DNA of 64,000 nucleotides, taken from assembly GCA_035508155.1 (NCBI GenBank), contig DATJNM010000019.1:10488-74487 (forward strand), in the 5' to 3' direction. The position numbers were made by a program, and so were the translations under genes. Below are positions 9,578-21,093 of the stretch, one piece after another. Below the pieces are notes generated by a model that searched no databases, had not been told where the DNA came from, and worked only from the letters and a program-made list of their open reading frames with translations. The stretch's first letter is position 1; every line of letters starts with the position of its first letter. This DNA is from Candidatus Sulfopaludibacter sp. (GTDB taxonomy: Bacteria > Verrucomicrobiota > Verrucomicrobiia > Limisphaerales > UBA11358).

Positions 9578-10193
9578 ATTCTCCGTACCCGGCGCGCACA
9601 AAATCACGGATCTGCGCGGTTTCCTCCTCGATCATCGTGTGGACTTTGTCGAATTCGCGCCATTCCACCTTGATGCCGGCGGCTTTGAGCAGAGGAATTT
9701 GCGGGCGTACCTGGACAATGGGCACCAGCGGGTCGCCGACGCCATGTGTCATCAACAACCGTTGTTGTCCCGCCGCCGTTGGAAGTTCCTGCAACAATTT
9801 CTCCGGCTCATTGATCCAGCCGCTGACGCCGACTATTCCGGCAAACCGGTACGGATAGCGCAATCCAACGTCAATGGCCATCAAACTGCCCTGCGAAAAG
9901 CCGCCCAAAGTGATTTGTTCCACCGGAAATCCGCGGGCGGGCAAATAATCGAGCAGTTCAAAAAGCAGTTTCCGGCTGTGCTCCACGCCGGGCCGGATGT
10001 CGTTCAAATCAAACCAGGCGTAGCCGCCAAAGTAATCGTAAGGGGCGTTGACCAGCAGATAATTCAACCACGGCAGGTTCATGGCCTCCGGCAACCACCG
10101 GTAGCCTGCAATACTGTCGCCCAGACCGTGCAGCATCACCATCAGCCGCGGGGAATTTTTCTCCCGGGCCGGGATCAATTCGCCATGAAGCAT
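9576..10193 (-). CDS. Phospholipase/carboxylesterase-family alpha/beta hydrolase
   Basis: 205 aa. It has LMVMLHGLGDS, the nucleophile elbow GFSQGS, and C-terminal THG..D..VP. Confidence 0.8.
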   Translation of the reverse strand: MLHGELIPAREKNSPRLMVMLHGLGDSIAGYRWLPEAMNLPWLNYLLVNAPYDYFGGYAWFDLNDIRPGVEHSRKLLFELLDYLPARGFPVEQITLGGFSQGSLMAIDVGLRYPYRFAGIVGVSGWINEPEKLLQELPTAAGQQRLLMTHGVGDPLVPIVQVRPQIPLLKAAGIKVEWREFDKVHTMIEEETAQIRDFVRAGYGE

Positions 10194-10196
10194 GAA

Positions 10197-10670
10197 CTAT
10201 TTTCCCGAAGCGGCGACGGTTTTCAAGCGTTTAGCCTCCTGGTCGAGCCATTGGATCAGTTGCTGCCGCTGGTCTGCCGTGAGCCAGGACGCCGGATGGA
10301 TGGCCTGGTATTTGGCCGGCGGCATCTCATCATAGCCCAATTCTTCACTGGCGTTTTCCAGCCGCTTGGCGGCGCGTTCCGGGTCGTCCACCGGCCAATC
10401 GGAAAGATTCAAATGCCGGCGCCCGCCCTGCACGTCGCTGGCAATCAGCCACGACACCGGCGCGATGTGGCTGTACCACGGCCACTTTGTCTCATAGGAA
10501 TGGCAATCGTAACACGCGCCGCGAAACATCGTGGCGAGCGGTGGCGGCGGGTTTTCCGCGGCCAGGAAATCATGAACCACGGGCGGGTTCGTGCGCGCCG
10601 GATTGGTGAATTGCAGCGCGATCAGGCACACGATCAACGCGCACAAAATCCATGTCCATCTCTTCTTCAT
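10197..10670 (-). CDS. Haem-binding-domain protein (Haem_bd/PF14376-like)
   Basis: N-terminal TM anchor, then CYDCHSYETKWPWYSHIAPVSWLIASDV..GRRHLNLSDW, which is typical of this family. The stop lies 4 nt from the esterase start, so an operon is likely. Confidence 0.75.
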   Translation of the reverse strand: MKKRWTWILCALIVCLIALQFTNPARTNPPVVHDFLAAENPPPPLATMFRGACYDCHSYETKWPWYSHIAPVSWLIASDVQGGRRHLNLSDWPVDDPERAAKRLENASEELGYDEMPPAKYQAIHPASWLTADQRQQLIQWLDQEAKRLKTVAASGK

Positions 10671-10808
10671 CCCATATTATCGGACGCACCAACCATGGGG
10701 AATGTTCCCGCACAAAGCAAACCTGAAGCGGGCGCAAGGCATTCCCGGCTTGTACGGTGTCGGCCTCAAGTTTAGGTTTCATCCGGTTCAACCGGCATTA
10801 CCCAACCC

Positions 10809-11408
10809 ATGAGACATTTTATACCCAGACTGATTCAAATTCTGAGTTTCCTGGCCATCCTTGACCTGGCGACAGCCCGGCCGACCCGCACCGAAGTGAC
10901 CAACGCCACCACACCGGCCGGGGACGTCAAATCGAACAGCGACCAGGTGCCGGACGTGTATGCGCTCACCGGCCAGTTCGATCGCGTTGTGGTGCTGCGC
11001 TTCAAATATCAGACCGACCTGCTGGCCGGTTTGGAGCGCATGGTGAAGGATTGCAAAATCCGCAACGCCGTCATCCTGTCCGGCATCGGCTCAGTGAAGA
11101 GCTATCATTACCACACCGTGAGCAACGGCGCCTTCCCGTCCAAAAACATCTTTGTGAGGAATCCCGACGGCCCGGCCGACATTGCCGGCATGAACGGCTA
11201 CGTGATTGACGGCCGCTTCCACGCCCACATCAGCTTCGCTGATCCGGACAAGGCGTTCGGCGGACATCTCGAGCCCGGAACGACCGTGTTCACTTTTGCC
11301 GTCGTGACCGTCGGCGTGTTCAAGGACGGCATGGATCTCAACCGGGTGGACGACCAGAGTTACCGGTGGCAGGTCTTGATGACTCACTCGCGAGCGGCCG
11401 CGGTTTAA
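10809..11408 (+). CDS. PPC/DUF296-domain protein with a signal peptide
   Basis: Leader MRHFIPRLIQILSFLAILDLATA. The core VVVLRF..DLLAGLERMVKD.KIRNAVILSGIGSV..GRFHAHISFADPD.AFGGHLEPG resembles PF03479. Confidence 0.65.
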   Translation: MRHFIPRLIQILSFLAILDLATARPTRTEVTNATTPAGDVKSNSDQVPDVYALTGQFDRVVVLRFKYQTDLLAGLERMVKDCKIRNAVILSGIGSVKSYHYHTVSNGAFPSKNIFVRNPDGPADIAGMNGYVIDGRFHAHISFADPDKAFGGHLEPGTTVFTFAVVTVGVFKDGMDLNRVDDQSYRWQVLMTHSRAAAV

Positions 11409-11410
11409 TT

Positions 11411-12271
11411 TCATCCCCAATACTTCCCGGCGTTCATTGCGCTTGACAAAAATCTTTGCCCTCTTCGAACCGGAACCCATCGGCCGCGCGACCATTTCCC
11501 GAGCCGGTAAACCGCGGCAAACGCAAAATCCGGCGCCGCCCCACCCCGCCCGCCGATCAATTCCGCGCCGCGCCTCACATTGTCAATCAGCCAGGCCGGC
11601 AACCGCGCGTGGTAAGGGTTGCGCCGCACCTCGCCGGCGTGACACGCCAGCGCCGCGACCAGATCACCGACCGTCGCGGTGCTCAATTCAATCAGTAAAT
11701 TAGGTTCCATCATTTGTCCCCAAAATTCCGTCTCAACGATGTGGGCCCGGAAACCGGCGGGCAAAGTCCTGAGCGCGTCCCGGACCAGAAAGTGCGTGCC
11801 GACATGCACAGGATGGCCGTCGCGCTCATGCGGAACAAAAATCACGCGCGGCCGCTGTTCCCTCAGAATATCGGCAATGGTTTTGACCGCCTGCTTCCAA
11901 TGCGCCCGGTTTTGGTCCCGTGATTTTAGTGTGATATGTTCCAATCCCTGTCCCCCCGGAACCATCAAATCGAAGCCCAGCGCCGCGCAGGCGCCGCGGA
12001 GTTCACGAAGCCGCGCCGGCCGCCGTTCCTGCCTGCTGCCGAGCGTGACCGCGACGTTGATGACGTGCCAGTTCGATTCCCGCAACAGTCGCAGCGCCAG
12101 CCCGCCCACAATGCATTCATCGTCCGGGTGCGGCGAAAAAATCAAAGCCCTGGGCGCGGCCTCCGACGTCCCGGGCCGCCGGTGGATTTTTTGCGACCGG
12201 CCCAGCGGCAGCCTTTCCCCGCGGCGCAGCAGCTGCGCCTGGTCGTAAACGAATTTTTGAAAAGGGTTCAC
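11411..12271 (-). CDS. PIG-L/LmbE-family deacetylase
   Basis: The LIFSPHPDDECIVGG motif (PIG-L zinc site) and a downstream HPVH. Confidence 0.8.
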   Translation of the reverse strand: MNPFQKFVYDQAQLLRRGERLPLGRSQKIHRRPGTSEAAPRALIFSPHPDDECIVGGLALRLLRESNWHVINVAVTLGSRQERRPARLRELRGACAALGFDLMVPGGQGLEHITLKSRDQNRAHWKQAVKTIADILREQRPRVIFVPHERDGHPVHVGTHFLVRDALRTLPAGFRAHIVETEFWGQMMEPNLLIELSTATVGDLVAALACHAGEVRRNPYHARLPAWLIDNVRRGAELIGGRGGAAPDFAFAAVYRLGKWSRGRWVPVRRGQRFLSSAMNAGKYWG

Positions 12272-12429
12272 AAACTCAACCGGGCATGATTAAACACGAC
12301 CGAAACCCGGATGAACAGAAAAGTTTCCCCGCTCCGACTGCGCCGCGGCACCCCCTCCCTGCAGCGCGAGCAGCGGGATGGGCAAGGGCACAAATGCATG
12401 TTCACCCCCGAATTTCGTCCCCAGGCAGG

Positions 12430-14763
12430 CTATCGTTGCCTCGGCGGCGTGCCGCCAAATAACAACCGCAAACTGTTCATCACCACCACGACGGTGCTGC
12501 CTTCGTGACCGACCACGCCGATGGGCAGCGGAATCTTTCCCAGCATGGCAAACGACACCAACACCACCACCGTGCCGAGCGAAATGAACAGATTCTGCCG
12601 GATGACCCGCCGCGCCCGCTGGCTCAGGCGAAACGCGGCCAGGAAATTTTCCAGCCGGTCGTTCATCAGCACCACGTCCGCCTGTTCGAGCGCGGCGTCG
12701 GCGCCCCGCGCGCCCATCGCCACGCCGATATGCGCCGCCGCCAGACTCGGCGCGTCGTTCACGCCGTCGCCAATCATGGCCACCCGGTGATGGTCTCCAC
12801 TTAACGCGCGAACCGCCTCGACCTTCTGTTCCGGCTTCAATTCCGCGCGGACGTCGTCGAGCTTGAGTTGTTCGCGCAAATGTTCCGCCGCCGCCTTGCG
12901 ATCGCCGGTCAAAACCACCGTGCGCAAACCTTCCTCCCGCAATTCCTGAACCACGGTGGCGGATTGCGGGCGGATGTCATCGCGCAAAATAACGCGGCCC
13001 AGCAAATCGTTTTCTTCAATCCAAACCTCGGAGAACCCGGCGTCGGTCGCCGGCACTTGCGCCATCGCGCGCCGGTGATGTCCTTCGGCAATCCAATCGC
13101 GCCCACCGAGCGAACAGACGGCGCCGTTCCGGCTGGCACGCAATCCCTGCCCCGTCACCGACTCAAAATGATCGAACCCGACCGGCTCCAGTCTCTGCTG
13201 CTTTCCGTAACGCGTGATGGCGCGGGCCAGGGGATGCGTGGAAAGCCGTTCCAATGAGAAGGCCAGTCGCGCGATTTCCGATTCGCGTCCCGGGGGGAAA
13301 CTTTCAATTTTTTCAACGCGCAACTCGCCGGTGGTGAGCGTCCCGGTCTTGTCGAGCGCCACGATGCCCGTCTCGCCCAATTTCTCCACCGCCGCCCCGC
13401 CCCGGAACAGGATGCCGTGCCGCGCCCCCCATGCGATGGCCGCGAGCACCGCGGACGGGATCGAAAGCACCAGGGCGCAGGGCGAGGAAACAACCAGCAG
13501 CGTCATCGCGCGATAAAATGCGCTGTGCGATTCAACGGCCGATTCAAATGGTGCGAGCCGAAAACCAAGCCACCAGACGAAAAACATCGCGAAGGAAAGC
13601 CCGATGACCCCATACGTATAGACGGTGCTGAATTTGTCGGTGAACTGCTGGGCGGGCGCCTTTTGCTGCTGGGCCTCTTTGATGAGCGTAATGATTTTCT
13701 GCAATGCGCTCTCCGAGACCGGACGCGTGACGATGACTTCCACCGCTCCCCACAAGTTGAGAGTGCCTGCCAGCGCGGTGTCACCAACGGCCTTTTTAAC
13801 CGGCGTGGCTTCGCCGGTCAGGTTCGATTCATCCGCGGCGGTGTTGCCGCGGGCGATTTCGGCGTCCACCGGGAATTGCGCGCCGGGTTTGATCAGCAAG
13901 CGCATGCCCCGCTGGAGCAGCTCGACCTTGACTTCGCGTTCCCTGCCCTGGGCGTCAATCACCGTGGCGACTTTGGGCGCGTCGCAAAAGAGCGAGCGGA
14001 TTTCCTTTTGCGTGCGGCCCAGCGCATAATGCTCCAGGGCGCCGGACAGCGAGAAAAGGAACAGCAACGTCGCGCCTTCCGCCCAGGCGCCGATGAAAGC
14101 GGCGCCCACGGCCACGGCGAGCATCAGGAAATGCACGTCGATCGTGCGCTGCCGCAACCGTTCCCAGACTTCTTCCGCCGGGTAAAAACCGCCGGCCAGA
14201 TAGGCGGCGATGAAACTGAGAACTGAAAGCGTGGGATGGCCAAACCGGCCGAGGAAAAAGCCGGTCAACCCGAAAACACCGCACAAGATCGCGGCGGCCA
14301 ACTGGGTTTTCCATTCGTCAATCTCCCCGACGTGTTCGAGGAACTCGACGTCCCGCGGCACAACTTTTGGAAACGGCATGTCCCGCCAGCGCCAGAAGGT
14401 CGGCGCCGTCGGGCACGTGACGCGGGCAATGGTCGTCGTGGAACCATCGTTTTGAATTGTAATTCGTTTGCGCTCGTCCTCGGACAACGGCGTGTCGCAC
14501 GAAAAGCAGTCACCCTCGCCGCTCAACAAGGAACAGCTGTGGCCGGCATCGGTGGCCTGGGCGGATTGCAATTGGGTGGTGATGCGGTCCGTCAGCCGGG
14601 CCACGTCGGCGCGGCCCAGCGTGGCCACGGAAATTTTCCGCTGCGCGCGGTCAATCGTCACCGCTTCCAGCGTCGGCTCCTCGGCCAGCGTCTCCACCAC
14701 CGAGCGCGCGAGGCAGGCGTTGGCCCCGGTCGGCCCGGCGCGATGGGCGGAAGGCGAATTCAT
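12430..14763 (-). CDS. Heavy-metal P1B-type ATPase, P1B-4-like (SPC/HEGST signatures)
   Basis: DKTGTLT, GDGVNDAP and TGE. The TM motifs are SSPCALVLS (SPC rather than CPC) and GHEGSTVVVVMNSLRL. The N-terminal roughly 150 aa lack GMxCxxC but contain CSLLSGEGDCFSCD. Confidence 0.85.
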   Translation of the reverse strand: MNSPSAHRAGPTGANACLARSVVETLAEEPTLEAVTIDRAQRKISVATLGRADVARLTDRITTQLQSAQATDAGHSCSLLSGEGDCFSCDTPLSEDERKRITIQNDGSTTTIARVTCPTAPTFWRWRDMPFPKVVPRDVEFLEHVGEIDEWKTQLAAAILCGVFGLTGFFLGRFGHPTLSVLSFIAAYLAGGFYPAEEVWERLRQRTIDVHFLMLAVAVGAAFIGAWAEGATLLFLFSLSGALEHYALGRTQKEIRSLFCDAPKVATVIDAQGREREVKVELLQRGMRLLIKPGAQFPVDAEIARGNTAADESNLTGEATPVKKAVGDTALAGTLNLWGAVEVIVTRPVSESALQKIITLIKEAQQQKAPAQQFTDKFSTVYTYGVIGLSFAMFFVWWLGFRLAPFESAVESHSAFYRAMTLLVVSSPCALVLSIPSAVLAAIAWGARHGILFRGGAAVEKLGETGIVALDKTGTLTTGELRVEKIESFPPGRESEIARLAFSLERLSTHPLARAITRYGKQQRLEPVGFDHFESVTGQGLRASRNGAVCSLGGRDWIAEGHHRRAMAQVPATDAGFSEVWIEENDLLGRVILRDDIRPQSATVVQELREEGLRTVVLTGDRKAAAEHLREQLKLDDVRAELKPEQKVEAVRALSGDHHRVAMIGDGVNDAPSLAAAHIGVAMGARGADAALEQADVVLMNDRLENFLAAFRLSQRARRVIRQNLFISLGTVVVLVSFAMLGKIPLPIGVVGHEGSTVVVVMNSLRLLFGGTPPRQR

Positions 14764-14904
14764 TCAATCCAGCCTTAGCATAATTCCGCACCCGATGCGA
14801 TGCAATCGGAAGCCAGAAAATTTCAATTTGGACTGTTCAATCCGCCATTTCTCTGGCAGTTTGTGCGGACATCAACTGCCTAAAGCAACGCATTGAAACA
14901 AATA

Positions 14905-16719
14905 ATGAGCAACGCACACGACAAACCGCCGACGATCAATCAACCTATTCTCAACTGGGTCCGGCAAATGGCCGACCTCTGTCAGCCCGAGCGCATTCAT
15001 TGGTGCGACGGGTCGGCGGCAGAAGACCGGATGTTGTGCGACCTGATGGTCAAAGGCGGCACGTTTACGAAACTCAACGAAAAGAAGCGCCCCGGCTCGT
15101 ATCTGGCCCGCTCGCACCCCAGCGATGTGGCGCGTGTGGAAGACCGGACTTTCATCTGTTCACGGACGAAGGAAGAAGCCGGGCCGACGAACCATTGGGC
15201 CGATCCGGCGGAGATGAAGCAGAAGCTCCTCGGCCTGTTCAAGGGTTGCATGAAAGGGAGGACGATGTATGTGATCCCGTTCGCGATGGGACCGCTCGAT
15301 TCGCCCATCTGCAAAATCGGCATTGAAATTTCCGATTCACCTTACGTGGTCGTCAACATGCGCATCATGACGCGAATGGGCCAGGCCGTGCTGGACAAGC
15401 TGGGTGCGAAAGGCACGTTCATTCCCTGCCTGCACTCGGTCGGCGCGCCGCTGGCGCCCGGTCAAAAGGATGTTTCCTGGCCCTGCGAAGGTGACCCGAA
15501 AAACAAATATATTGTCCACTTCCCCGAAGAGCCTTCGATCTGGTCATACGGTTCCGGTTACGGCGGCAACGCGTTGCTCGGCAAGAAATGCCTCGCGCTG
15601 CGCATCGCCTCCACCGTCGCGAAGAAGGAAGGCTGGATGGCGGAACACATGCTCATCCTTTGCCTGACTTCGCCCCAAAAGAAAAAATATTACATTGCCG
15701 CGGCGTTCCCGAGTGCGTGCGGAAAGACGAATCTGGCCATGATGCAGCCGACGGTGCCGGGCTGGAAAGTCACGACGTTGGGCGATGACATTGCATGGAT
15801 TCGCGTCGGGAAGGACGGGCGGCTTTACGCGGTGAACCCCGAGACAGGCTTTTTCGGCGTGGCACCCGGCACTTCCGAGAAATCCAATCCCAACGCGCTG
15901 GCGACCTGCGCCCGGAACACCATTTTTACGAACGTCGTGCTGACACCCGACAACGACGTCTGGTGGGAGGACATGGGCGTGCCCGCGCCGGCCAAGGGCG
16001 TGGACTGGCTGGGCAACGAATGGACGCCCGACAACGGCAAGAAAGGCGCGCATCCCAATTCACGTTTCACCGCGCCTGCGGCGCAATGCCCGGTCATTGA
16101 TCCCGACTGGCAGAATCCCGCCGGTGTCCCGCTTTCGGCGATTTTATTTGGCGGACGCCGGCCTCACACCATTCCGCTGGTGAACGAGGCATTTGATTGG
16201 GAGCACGGCGTGTTCATGGGCTCAGCCTGCGGTTCGGAGACGACCGCCGCCGCGCTCGGCCAGGCCGGCGTGCTGCGCCGCGACCCGTTTGCCATGCTGC
16301 CCTTCTGTGGCTATAACATGGGCGATTATTTCGCGCACTGGCTGTCTTTTGCACAACGCACCGACCGCGCCAAATTGCCGAAGGTTTATTTTGTGAACTG
16401 GTTCCGCAAGGACGCGAACGGCCGGTGGCTCTGGCCCGGCTATGGCGAAAACAGTCGCGTGCTCAAGTGGATTTGCGAGCGGGTTGAAGGCACCGGCAAG
16501 GCGCAAAAGACGCCCATCGGAAATTTGCCGACGACAGATGCGCTCGACGTTTCCGGATTGAACCTGCCTCCCCACGATATCGAGCAACTGCTCACGGTGG
16601 ACGTGGCCGGCTGGAAGAAAGAGGTTGAGGACGTGGCTGTGGATTATGAGAAGTTCGACGGTAAAGTTCCCAAGGCCCTCTACGACCAGCTTGCAGGTTT
16701 GCGAAAACGCCTCGCTTGA
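14905..16719 (+). CDS. pckG: Phosphoenolpyruvate carboxykinase (GTP)
   Basis: The ORF runs from TTG 14893, with the first in-frame ATG at 14905. [13 protein letters not shown] (kinase-1a), WIGDDIAW-like GDDIAWIRV, and a roughly 600-aa length fit GTP-PEPCK. Confidence 0.93.
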   Translation: MSNAHDKPPTINQPILNWVRQMADLCQPERIHWCDGSAAEDRMLCDLMVKGGTFTKLNEKKRPGSYLARSHPSDVARVEDRTFICSRTKEEAGPTNHWADPAEMKQKLLGLFKGCMKGRTMYVIPFAMGPLDSPICKIGIEISDSPYVVVNMRIMTRMGQAVLDKLGAKGTFIPCLHSVGAPLAPGQKDVSWPCEGDPKNKYIVHFPEEPSIWSYGSGYGGNALLGKKCLALRIASTVAKKEGWMAEHMLILCLTSPQKKKYYIAAAFPSACGKTNLAMMQPTVPGWKVTTLGDDIAWIRVGKDGRLYAVNPETGFFGVAPGTSEKSNPNALATCARNTIFTNVVLTPDNDVWWEDMGVPAPAKGVDWLGNEWTPDNGKKGAHPNSRFTAPAAQCPVIDPDWQNPAGVPLSAILFGGRRPHTIPLVNEAFDWEHGVFMGSACGSETTAAALGQAGVLRRDPFAMLPFCGYNMGDYFAHWLSFAQRTDRAKLPKVYFVNWFRKDANGRWLWPGYGENSRVLKWICERVEGTGKAQKTPIGNLPTTDALDVSGLNLPPHDIEQLLTVDVAGWKKEVEDVAVDYEKFDGKVPKALYDQLAGLRKRLA

Positions 16720-16751
16720 CACGGCGCTGTCCGTTTTTCCCACAGATCCGA

Positions 16752-16786
16752 CGTCAACTGATTCGCGGCCACGCGAATAGTTGACG
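16752..16786 (+). terminator. Long hairpin downstream of pckG
   Basis: cgtcaactgattcgcg (16752-16767) pairs with cgcgaatagttgacg (16772-16786), giving 15 bp with a 1-nt bulge. A T-rich stretch (tctctattttgtt) follows about 10 nt later. Confidence 0.5.
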
Positions 16787-17273
16787 CTGTCCGGTCTCTC
16801 TATTTTGTTGCGGCCCCCAACGGCGGCACGGGGCCGGAGAGGATTTCCCCGTCCCAATCCTGCGGGCGACGGGAAACAAAAAGTGCAAAGCCCCGCGACC
16901 ACCCCCTTTAGCCGGAAAATCCGCATTTATTAAGTCTGGCTTCGTCCAAGTCGGAGCGAAAAATGCTATACCCACTGCCATGAGCCATGCCAGGACCATC
17001 CTGAAATTTGACGATGATATCAGCCACAGACAGCTCCTTTTGTCGTCCGGTCACTCACATACAAATATTGGTCGCAGCCTGACAACACCTGGTCATTACT
17101 TCGGACTCGAAGTACTGCCGGCCGGATTGATTTCCGTGCCACGTCCCCAAAGCCATGAATTTGGCCGTTCGGAAGCTGTGTGGGCGACCATCGCCGCCGA
17201 ACCGCCGCGTGTGGCCGATTCCAAGGCGCCCTCGAAAACATTCCCGCTCTAATTTTCGAAACAGTTCCCGCGC

Positions 17274-20345
<3,072 letters not shown>

Positions 20346-20369
20346 CTTGCCGGCAAGCAGACGGCCGAT

Positions 20370-20912
20370 TCAATGGACTCGGCCGTTCCGATGTCCATTT
20401 CTGCGTCCGAGCCGCTTGGGATGCTCGTCCAGATTTCGCGAAAGATACACGTGCCGGGTTTCCCGACCGAAGCCCGTCTGGCGCAGGAATGCCAGCGCGT
20501 CGGCATTGTCCTCGTCGGTATCCACCAGCATGATGCGCGCTTCGCGATCAATGAAGAGTTGCGTTAATTGGTTCAGCAATCGCCGGGCGATGCCATGCCG
20601 CTTGTAACGCGGCGACACCCCGAGCCATTCCAACCAGCCATACCGCCAGGCGCTGCGAGGTTTATCCATCATGCAGCCCAGTGCAAACCCGACGATTTTT
20701 TCGTCATCTTCGGCCACCAGGCAGGTTTCTTCGTCCGAACGAAACAATTCCAGGATCTCGTATTCGTCCCAACTGCGATACAGAGTCGGCAGGTCTTCAG
20801 CCGTGAAAAGCCTTTGTCCAAGTCGAAAAACTGGAGGCAGGTCCTTTAACTGCATCTGCCTCAATACAATATTGCCATTTGGGGCCTTGTTCAGCCCCCG
20901 ATTACGTTTCAT
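20370..20912 (-). CDS. GNAT-family N-acetyltransferase
   Basis: 180 aa. The acetyl-CoA-binding stretch is LGVSPRYKRHGIARRLL. Confidence 0.75.
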   Translation of the reverse strand: MKRNRGLNKAPNGNIVLRQMQLKDLPPVFRLGQRLFTAEDLPTLYRSWDEYEILELFRSDEETCLVAEDDEKIVGFALGCMMDKPRSAWRYGWLEWLGVSPRYKRHGIARRLLNQLTQLFIDREARIMLVDTDEDNADALAFLRQTGFGRETRHVYLSRNLDEHPKRLGRRNGHRNGRVH

Positions 20913-21093
20913 ACCGGCTGAATTCTATGGGGAGAGATGATTCGGCAACAGGCAAAAAGAAAAATGTTTTTATAAGTTGTTAATAATCAATTTAATAACG
21001 CACTGGTGATAGCAGAATGCCGATTTTTGGCAAAATCGGTCAAAGGCAGCCGCACAAGGGTTGAAAGAGGCTGGAAACAGCGTGTTTTGGTCG

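Noticed and set aside
9378-10775. 465-aa ORF on the plus strand
   Set aside because: It is antisense to two motif-supported minus-strand genes (the esterase and the haem-binding-domain protein). It has no recognisable domains.
16980-17252. 90-aa ORF in the pckG-kinase gap
   Set aside because: It has no recognisable motifs, poor start context and composition atypical of the neighbouring genes. It is treated as noncoding pending a homology search.
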